A stretch of 6,885 bases of DNA, taken from the NCBI GenBank assembly GCA_029851105.1, contig CP099822.1, positions 164,514 through 171,398 on the forward strand. Direction: 5' to 3'. Below the pieces are notes generated by a model. That model made no database searches. It was given only the letters and a program-made list of their open reading frames with translations, and was not told the origin of the DNA. This DNA is from Candidatus Saccharimonadota bacterium (GTDB lineage Bacteria > Bacteroidota > Bacteroidia > Flavobacteriales > Blattabacteriaceae). Numbering within the stretch: the first letter of the stretch is position 1; each line of letters begins with the position of its first letter. This document shows, piece by piece, positions 1-6,305 of the stretch. Position numbers and translations under genes: made by a program.

Positions 1-298
1 AAAAAAAAAAATTAATATTACCTTTATAATATTTTTTTAATAAAATTTTAATAGAATCATAATAATTTAAATTCATATATTCTTTTAAAAAAGTAATAAC
101 ATTACCCCCCTTACCTGAACTAAAATCTTTCCAAATTTTTTTTTTAGGTGATACCATAAAAGAAGGATTTTTTTCATTTTTATTAAAAGGACTAAATCCT
201 CTATAGTTATTACCATATTTACTTATTAAAACATATTCTCCTATTATTTCTTCTATTTTTAATTTTTTTAAAAATTTTTTTATAAAATTATAATACAT
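1..298 (-). CDS. dnaG: DNA primase DnaG, N-terminal zinc-binding-domain region (5' partial; gene continues past window start)
   Basis: The minus-strand frame starting at ATG (298..296) is open to position 2. It translates as MYYNFIKKFLKKLKIEEIIGEYVLISKYGNNYRGFSPFNKNEKNPSFMVSPKKKIWKDFSSGKGGNVITFLKEYMNLNYYDSIKILLKKYYKGNINFFF. This is collinear with the canonical primase motif G.NY.GLCPFH.EKTPSF.VSP.KQ.[FY]HCFGCG.GGN...FL. It is absent from the ORF track because no stop codon lies inside the window. Confidence 0.8.
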   Translation of the reverse strand, partial: MYYNFIKKFLKKLKIEEIIGEYVLISKYGNNYRGFSPFNKNEKNPSFMVSPKKKIWKDFSSGKGGNVITFLKEYMNLNYYDSIKILLKKYYKGNINFFF

Positions 299-317
299 TT
301 TTAAATTTATTTATTTT

Positions 318-340
318 AATTAATTATAATATAATTAATT
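318..340. repeat. Perfect inverted repeat, 10-bp arms (aattaattat / ataattaatt) with a 3-nt spacer, in the dnaG/dapA divergent intergenic region; function unproven
   Basis: Read directly: 318..327 is the reverse complement of 331..340. It contains TATAAT on the + strand (325..330) and TATAAT on the - strand (328..323). At this base composition chance occurrence is plausible. Confidence 0.4.
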
Positions 341-362
341 TTAAAAAAATAACTAATTTTTT

Positions 363-1235
363 ATGAAAATTAAACATTTTATACCTATTATAACGCCTTT
401 TGATAATAAAAATAATATTGATTTTTTTTCTTTAGAAAAATTTATTATTTATTTATCTAATATTAAAAATATTAAAAATATTATTTTATTTAGCAATTGT
501 TCGGAATATAATTTATTATCAAATAATGAAAAAATAGATATTATAAATTGTATTAATAATACAATTAAAAAAGATATTAATATTTTATTAAAAATAAATA
601 ATTTATTTAATAAATATGATATTATAAATATTATAAATCAAAATATATATAAAAATATTAATTTTATAATAATAGATTATCCTAATTTAAATAAAATATA
701 TTATAAAGAAATAATTAATTTTTTTAATAAAATATTTAAAGAAAAAAAATATTTAAAATTTTTTATTACTATAAATAAAAATATTAATATAAATGAAAAT
801 GTTTTTTTAAAAATTAAAGAAAAAAATAAAAATTTTATAGGAATAATTAATAAATGTAATTTTTTTTTTAAAAATTACGAATTAATTAATAATATTAAAA
901 TTATAATTTATAATGATATAAATTTTTTTAAAAAAATTTTTTTTAATATAAATGGTATTATTTCACCTTTATTTAATATTTTATTTAAATTTATAAATAA
1001 AAATATTATTAAAAAAATTAATAATAATAAAATTATATTATATGATAATAAATATTTTTTTTTTTTAAAATTAATTAATATTTTATATAAAAAAATTAAT
1101 TATATATCAGGTATAAAGTATTTATTAAATATTAATAATATTTGTAATTATTATGTTAAATTACCATGTAATGATATAAATAATATTGTATATTATAAAA
1201 AATTAAAAAAAATTTATAATTATATTAATATTTAA
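363..1235 (+). CDS. dapA: DapA / N-acetylneuraminate-lyase family protein (4-hydroxy-tetrahydrodipicolinate synthase-like), highly divergent
   Basis: The 290 aa length is right for the family. The N-terminus IPIITPFDNKNNIDFFSLEKFIIYL....IILFSNCSEYNLLSNNEK matches the DapA pattern TP(F/M)...G.(V/I)D...L..LI......G...(I/V)..GTTGE...L...E. NFIGIINKCN resembles N(I/V)(I/V)GIKEA.G. The C-terminal GIKYLLNINNICNYYVKLP resembles P(I/V)K.AL...G......RLP. Several catalytic positions appear substituted (see findings). Confidence 0.6.
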   Translation: MKIKHFIPIITPFDNKNNIDFFSLEKFIIYLSNIKNIKNIILFSNCSEYNLLSNNEKIDIINCINNTIKKDINILLKINNLFNKYDIINIINQNIYKNINFIIIDYPNLNKIYYKEIINFFNKIFKEKKYLKFFITINKNININENVFLKIKEKNKNFIGIINKCNFFFKNYELINNIKIIIYNDINFFKKIFFNINGIISPLFNILFKFINKNIIKKINNNKIILYDNKYFFFLKLINILYKKINYISGIKYLLNINNICNYYVKLPCNDINNIVYYKKLKKIYNYINI

Positions 1236-1241
1236 AAAATT

Positions 1242-1562
1242 ATGAAATTAAAAATTAATAAAAAAAAATTATGTTTATTAGATATAAATAAAATAGAAAA
1301 AATTAATAAAAATAATATATTTATATTAATTAATATTTTAGCTAAAAGATCATATCAAATAGAATATTTTTTAAAAAAAAATTTTAATAAAAAAATTAAT
1401 AAATTTAATAATTTAAATTCTAAATTAGAAAAATTTTTTTTAAATAAAGAAAAAATAGAAATATCAAAATACTTTGAAAAATTACCTAAATCTACTTTAA
1501 TATCAATAAATGAATTATTAAATAATAAGATAATTTATTATTTTAATAATAAATTAAAATAA
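1242..1562 (+). CDS. Hypothetical 106-aa protein (possible AroQ-type chorismate mutase relic or aroK-position remnant; unassigned)
   Basis: The ORF is packed 6 nt after dapA and 6 nt before aroB. At this composition roughly 1 codon in 9-10 should be a stop by chance, so the open frame is very unlikely to be accidental. ILAKRSYQIEYFLKK weakly resembles the LLAER....V.GK.K helix of AroQ chorismate mutases. There is no glycine anywhere, hence no P-loop. Confidence 0.45.
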   Translation: MKLKINKKKLCLLDINKIEKINKNNIFILINILAKRSYQIEYFLKKNFNKKINKFNNLNSKLEKFFLNKEKIEISKYFEKLPKSTLISINELLNNKIIYYFNNKLK

Positions 1563-1568
1563 TTATAT

Positions 1569-2654
1569 ATGTTAAAATATAATAATTTAGATTATATTTT
1601 TTTTGATAAAGATTTTATAAAATTATATAATTTTTTTAAAAAAAAAAAAAATATTACTAATATAGTAATATTATTAGATAATAATATAAAAAAATATTGT
1701 TTAAAATTTCTTTTAAAAAAAGTAAAATTAATTAAAAAATCTAAAATTATTAGAATTAATTCTGGTGAAAATAAAAAAAATATATTTATTTGTATTAAAA
1801 TATTTAAAATTTTTAATAAATTAAATGTAGATAAAAATAGTATTTTAATAAATTTTGGAGGTGGAGTTATAACTGATTTAGGTGGTTTTATAGGTTCTAT
1901 TTTTAAAAGAGGATTAAATTTTATTAATATACCTACTACATTATTAAGTATGGTTGATGCTTCTATAGGGGGTAAAAATGGTATAAATTTTAATAACTAT
2001 AAAAATGAAATAGGATTAATTAATAATCCTATTATGACTTTAATAAATACTAATTTTATTAAAACTTTACCTAAATATGAAATTTTTTCTGGATTAGGAG
2101 AATTATTGAAATATGGACTAATATATGATAAAAAATATTGGAATTTTTTAAAAAAAAAAAATTTTTTAAATTTTAATAAAATATTTTGGGATAATATTAT
2201 TTATAAAGCTATTTTAATTAAAAAAAAAATAGTTGATAAAGATCCTAAAGAATTATTAGGAATAAGAAAAATATTAAATTTTGGTCATACAATAGGTCAT
2301 GCTATAGAAAGTTTTTATTTATATAAAAAAAAAAAAATTTCGCATGGTAAAGCTATTTCATTAGGTATTATATGTGAATCATGGATATCTAAAAAAATTA
2401 ACAATTTAAAAAAAAAAGAATATATAGAAATTTGTAATATAATTACAAAATATTTTAAAATTAAAAAAATAATTAAAAAAAAAAATTTTAATTATTTATA
2501 TAAAATAATTAAAAAAGATAAAAAAAATTTTAATAAAAATATATATTTTTCTTTATTAAGAAAAATAGGTAAATGTGATTTTAATAAAAAAGTAAATAAA
2601 AAATTAATATATAAAAGTATAAAAAAAATGAATAATTTTTTTTTTAAAATATGA
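1569..2654 (+). CDS. aroB: 3-dehydroquinate synthase
   Basis: Signature motifs are intact: [68 protein letters not shown] and SHGKAISLG. At 361 aa it is full length. It ends with TGA inside the ATGA overlap with gyrA. Confidence 0.93.
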   Translation: MLKYNNLDYIFFDKDFIKLYNFFKKKKNITNIVILLDNNIKKYCLKFLLKKVKLIKKSKIIRINSGENKKNIFICIKIFKIFNKLNVDKNSILINFGGGVITDLGGFIGSIFKRGLNFINIPTTLLSMVDASIGGKNGINFNNYKNEIGLINNPIMTLINTNFIKTLPKYEIFSGLGELLKYGLIYDKKYWNFLKKKNFLNFNKIFWDNIIYKAILIKKKIVDKDPKELLGIRKILNFGHTIGHAIESFYLYKKKKISHGKAISLGIICESWISKKINNLKKKEYIEICNIITKYFKIKKIIKKKNFNYLYKIIKKDKKNFNKNIYFSLLRKIGKCDFNKKVNKKLIYKSIKKMNNFFFKI

Positions 2655-5113
2655 TTATAAAATATAATAATATTAATATTAATAATGAAATAAAATTATC
2701 TTATATTGATTATGCTATGTCTGTTATTATATATAGAGCTTTACCTGATGTTAGAGATGGATTAAAACCTGTACATAGAAGAATATTATATGCTATGTAT
2801 AAATTAAAATTAAATAATAATAAAAAATATAAAAAATCAGCTCGTATAGTAGGTGAAGTTTTAGGTAAATATCATCCACATGGCGATAAATCAGTTTATG
2901 ATAGTATTATAAGAATGGCTCAATATTGGAATTTAAGATATAAATTAATAGATGGTCAAGGTAATTTTGGTTCTATAGATAATGATCCTCCGGCTGCTAT
3001 GAGATATACTGAAATTAGATTAGAAAAAATAACAGAAGAAATGTTATTAGATATAGATAAAAATACTGTAGATATGAAATTAAATTTTGATGATTCTTTA
3101 AAAGAACCATTAATTTTACCTACTAAAATACCTAATTTATTAATAAATGGAGTATATGGTATAGCTGTAGGTATGGCTACTAATATGCCTCCTCATAATA
3201 TTAATGATACTATTAATAGTATTTGTAAATATATTGATAATCCAAATATAAAAATTAATAATTTAATAAAATATATAAAAGCACCTGATTTTCCTACTGG
3301 TGGTATTATTTATCATTATAAAGGAGTTAAAAAAGCCTTTAAAAAAGGAAAAGGTAAAATAATAATAAGGTCTAAATTTTATATAAAAAAAAATAAAAAT
3401 AAAAAATATATTATTATAAAAGAAATACCATATCAAGTAATTAAGGGAGAATTAATTAAAAAAATAATTTATTTAATTAAAGAAAATAAAATAAATGATA
3501 TTTTAAATATAAAAGATGAATCTAATAAAAAAAATATAAGAATATTATTAATATTAAAAAATAATAGTATACCTGAAAAAGTAATAAATAAATTATTAAA
3601 ATTTACTGATTTACAAATTAGTTATTATATTAATAATATAGTTTTAGTTAATGGTAAACCTAAAAGATTAGGATTAAAAAAATTAATATATTTTTTTTTA
3701 AAACATAGAAATAATATTTTAATAAAAAAAGCTAAATATTTTTTATTAACTTTTAAAAAAAAAAGACATTTATTAAAGGGTTTTTTAAAAATATCTAATA
3801 AAATAAATGAATTATTATTTTTTTTTAATAAATTTTATTCTTATAAAGAATCATTTAATTATATAAAAAAAAAATTTAAATTATCTAAAAAACAAACTAA
3901 ATTTATTTTAAATATTAAATTATATAAATTAACCAATAAAGAAGTTAGTAACTATCATAAAAAAAATAAAGAATTAAAAAAAAAAATAAAATATAATAAA
4001 ATAATTATTAATTCTAAAAAAATTAGAATGAAGCTTATAAAAAAAGAATTAAAAGAAATTAAAAAAAAATATGGTGATAAAAGAAGAACATTAATAGATT
4101 ATAATAATAATAAAAAAAATTTTATTTTATATAAATATAAAAAAAAAAAAAAAAAATATTTATTAACAATTTCTAATAATGGATATATTAAAAAAACTTT
4201 ATTAAAAAAATATAAAATACAAAAAAGAGGAGGTAAGGGTAATATAGGAATGAAAATAAATAAAAAAGATTTTATTATTAATATAATAATGGTTAATAAT
4301 AATAATTATATATTATTTTTAACTAAAAAAGGTAAAATTTTTTTTTTAAAAATATTAGATATACCACAAGGAGATAAAAAATTTAAAGGTATAATAATAC
4401 AAAATTTAATTAAAAAAACCAAGAATGATAAAATAAAATCATATTTATTAATAAAAAATTTAAAAGATAAAAAATATATTAATAATCATTATGTAATAAT
4501 AATTACTAAAAAAGGTATTATTAAAAAAACTATATTAAAAAAATATTCTAAAATTAGAAAAAAAGGTATTAATGCTATTAAAATTAAAAAAAATGATTCT
4601 TTATTAGAAGCTAAATTAACTAATGGTAATAATCAGATATTATTAGCTACTAATAATGGTAAATCTATTAGATTTCATGAAAATAAAATAAAATTAACAA
4701 ATAGAAATTCTATAGGAGTAAAAACTATAAAAATAAAAAATAAAAATGATAAAGTAATAGGAATGGTTAATATTAAAAATTATAAAAAGAAAAATATATA
4801 TATATTAGTAATTTCTAAAAAAGGATATGGTAAATGTTCTAAATTAGATAATTATAAAATTACTAATAGAAGATGTATAGGAATAAAAACTATTAATATA
4901 ACAAAAAAAACTGGTAAATTAATATATATCAAAAAAGTTAAAAAAAATGATGATTTAATAATAATTAAAAAATCAGGGTTAAATATTAGAATTCCAATAT
5001 CTTCTATTAGAATAACTAGTAGAAATTCTCAAGGAGTTAAATTAATAAATATTAACAAAAAAGATAAAATAGCAGACGTAGAAATAATTAAAAAAATAAA
5101 AAATGAAAAATAA
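2651..5113 (+). CDS. gyrA: DNA gyrase subunit A
   Basis: Motifs present: [53 protein letters not shown], the catalytic-Tyr motif [10 protein letters not shown], and [27 protein letters not shown]. The GyrA-box QKRGGKG at the start of the C-terminal domain distinguishes GyrA from ParC. Length is 820 aa. Confidence 0.97.
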   Translation: MIIKYNNININNEIKLSYIDYAMSVIIYRALPDVRDGLKPVHRRILYAMYKLKLNNNKKYKKSARIVGEVLGKYHPHGDKSVYDSIIRMAQYWNLRYKLIDGQGNFGSIDNDPPAAMRYTEIRLEKITEEMLLDIDKNTVDMKLNFDDSLKEPLILPTKIPNLLINGVYGIAVGMATNMPPHNINDTINSICKYIDNPNIKINNLIKYIKAPDFPTGGIIYHYKGVKKAFKKGKGKIIIRSKFYIKKNKNKKYIIIKEIPYQVIKGELIKKIIYLIKENKINDILNIKDESNKKNIRILLILKNNSIPEKVINKLLKFTDLQISYYINNIVLVNGKPKRLGLKKLIYFFLKHRNNILIKKAKYFLLTFKKKRHLLKGFLKISNKINELLFFFNKFYSYKESFNYIKKKFKLSKKQTKFILNIKLYKLTNKEVSNYHKKNKELKKKIKYNKIIINSKKIRMKLIKKELKEIKKKYGDKRRTLIDYNNNKKNFILYKYKKKKKKYLLTISNNGYIKKTLLKKYKIQKRGGKGNIGMKINKKDFIINIIMVNNNNYILFLTKKGKIFFLKILDIPQGDKKFKGIIIQNLIKKTKNDKIKSYLLIKNLKDKKYINNHYVIIITKKGIIKKTILKKYSKIRKKGINAIKIKKNDSLLEAKLTNGNNQILLATNNGKSIRFHENKIKLTNRNSIGVKTIKIKNKNDKVIGMVNIKNYKKKNIYILVISKKGYGKCSKLDNYKITNRRCIGIKTINITKKTGKLIYIKKVKKNDDLIIIKKSGLNIRIPISSIRITSRNSQGVKLININKKDKIADVEIIKKIKNEK

Positions 5114-5462
5114 AAATCAAAAAGAAATTATTGATATTTTAGAAAAAAAATTTTTTTTTAAAAAAAATATTAATAAAAATTTTAATGTAGGTGATAATAT
5201 CACTGTATATTATTATACTAATATTAAAAATAAAAAAAAAAAACAATTATTAACAGGTATTGTAATAAGTAAAAAAGGAAATAATAAATTTAATAAAACT
5301 TTTATAATAAGAAATATTATTAATAATATAGGTTATGAAATAACTTTTTTTTTATATAGTCCATATATAAATAAAATAATTATTAATAAAAAAAATAAAA
5401 TAAAAAAATCTAAAATTTTTTATATTAGAAATTATAATAATATTAAAATTAAAAAAAAATAA
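5103..5462 (+). CDS. rplS: 50S ribosomal protein L19
   Basis: The 119-aa protein is collinear with L19. [11 protein letters not shown] resembles FRPGD.V.V. The segment [44 protein letters not shown] resembles Q.FEGVVIA.R..G....[30 protein letters not shown] resembles RRAKLYYLR. Confidence 0.9.
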   Translation: MKNKNQKEIIDILEKKFFFKKNINKNFNVGDNITVYYYTNIKNKKKKQLLTGIVISKKGNNKFNKTFIIRNIINNIGYEITFFLYSPYINKIIINKKNKIKKSKIFYIRNYNNIKIKKK

Positions 5463-5556
5463 TTTTTTTAATTTTAATATTATTATTTTATTTTTTTTTA
5501 AAAAAAAAAATATTTTTTTATATTTAAATATTATTTATATAATCATTCATCTATTA

Positions 5557-6096
5557 TTATTTTAATCTTTCTATATATTTTTTAGTTTTTGTATTTATTT
5601 TAATAATATCTCCTTCTTTTATAAAAGAAGGAGTATATATACTAATATCATTTTCTAAAAAAGCTTTATTTTTTATAATTTTTTTAACTTTTAAATAAAC
5701 ATATTTTTTAATTTTTAATGATAATGGTATATTTTTTTTTTTAAAAAAATTTATAATTACATTATCATTCTCTTTTAAAAATTTTATATTACTTTTACCT
5801 ATAAAATTTTTAGATAAGAAAATTTGATTATAATTATTTTTATTTATAAAATAAAATTTTTTTTCTTTTTTATATAAAAAAATATAATATTTAGATTTTA
5901 TTTCAATTTTATTAATTTTAGAACCTGAAGAAAAATTATTAATAATAATATTATTATTTTGTAAATTTTTAATTTTCGTTCTAACAAAAGCATTACCTTT
6001 ACCTGGTTTAATATGTAAAAAATCTATTATTTTATAATATTTATTATTCATTTTAAAACATATACCTTTTTTAATTTTTGATATATTTATTAACAT
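5557..6096 (-). CDS. efp: Translation elongation factor P
   Basis: MLINISKIKKGICFKMNNKYYKIIDFLHIKPGKGNAFVRTKIKNL is collinear with EF-P M...ND.K.G.......G....V.....VKPGKG.AF.R.KL.NL. The C-terminal FIKEGDIIKINTKTKKYIERLK resembles F...GD...V.T..G.Y..R. Confidence 0.9.
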   Translation of the reverse strand: MLINISKIKKGICFKMNNKYYKIIDFLHIKPGKGNAFVRTKIKNLQNNNIIINNFSSGSKINKIEIKSKYYIFLYKKEKKFYFINKNNYNQIFLSKNFIGKSNIKFLKENDNVIINFFKKKNIPLSLKIKKYVYLKVKKIIKNKAFLENDISIYTPSFIKEGDIIKINTKTKKYIERLK

Positions 6097-6138
6097 ATTT
6101 TATTATATTAAATATATAAATTTAATTAAAATTTAATT

Positions 6139-6303
6139 ATGAAAAGAACTTATAATCCTTCTAAAATTAAAAGATTAAGAAAATTTGGTTTTATGAAAAA
6201 AAATAAAAATAAAAATGGTAAAAAAATATTATATAGAAGAAGATTAAAAAAAAGAAAAATTTTAACTGTTAGTGATTATAAATTATATAAAAAAATAAAA
6301 TAA
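6139..6303 (+). CDS. rpmH: 50S ribosomal protein L34
   Basis: Hand translation gives [54 protein letters not shown]. It is collinear residue-for-residue with E. coli L34 [46 protein letters not shown]. At 54 codons it is too short for the ORF track. Confidence 0.9.
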   Translation: MKRTYNPSKIKRLRKFGFMKKNKNKNGKKILYRRRLKKRKILTVSDYKLYKKIK

Positions 6304-6305
6304 TT

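Noticed and set aside
363-1235. Annotating the DapA-like ORF as a pseudogene
   Set aside because: The frame is intact over 290 codons and full length relative to the family. That would not persist neutrally at this stop-codon density. Loss of function is possible but cannot be asserted from sequence alone.
1242-1562. Calling orf106 shikimate kinase (aroK) because it sits directly upstream of aroB
   Set aside because: The protein contains no glycine at all, so it has no Walker A G..G.GK(S/T) motif. At 106 aa it is also about 65 aa shorter than AroK. Synteny alone is insufficient.
2652-2660. UGA-to-Trp recoding (translation table 4), suggested by the extreme AT content and a TAA two codons after the aroB TGA
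   Set aside because: All five observed Trp codons are TGG, and no confident gene contains an internal TGA. A code-4 genome this AT-rich would be expected to use TGA for most Trp.
5487-5510. A T-run followed by an A-run (T9 then A11) in the rplS/efp convergent spacer, as a possible bidirectional intrinsic terminator
   Set aside because: There is no G+C stem and no loop. A pure A/T self-complementary tract is expected at this composition and would be thermodynamically weak. It cannot be supported as a terminator from sequence alone.
5520-5531. Perfect 12-bp palindrome ATATTTAAATAT in the rplS/efp spacer, as a candidate protein-binding site
   Set aside because: With an effectively two-letter alphabet, short perfect palindromes are frequent by chance. 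It is not repeated elsewhere in the window and has no positional logic.
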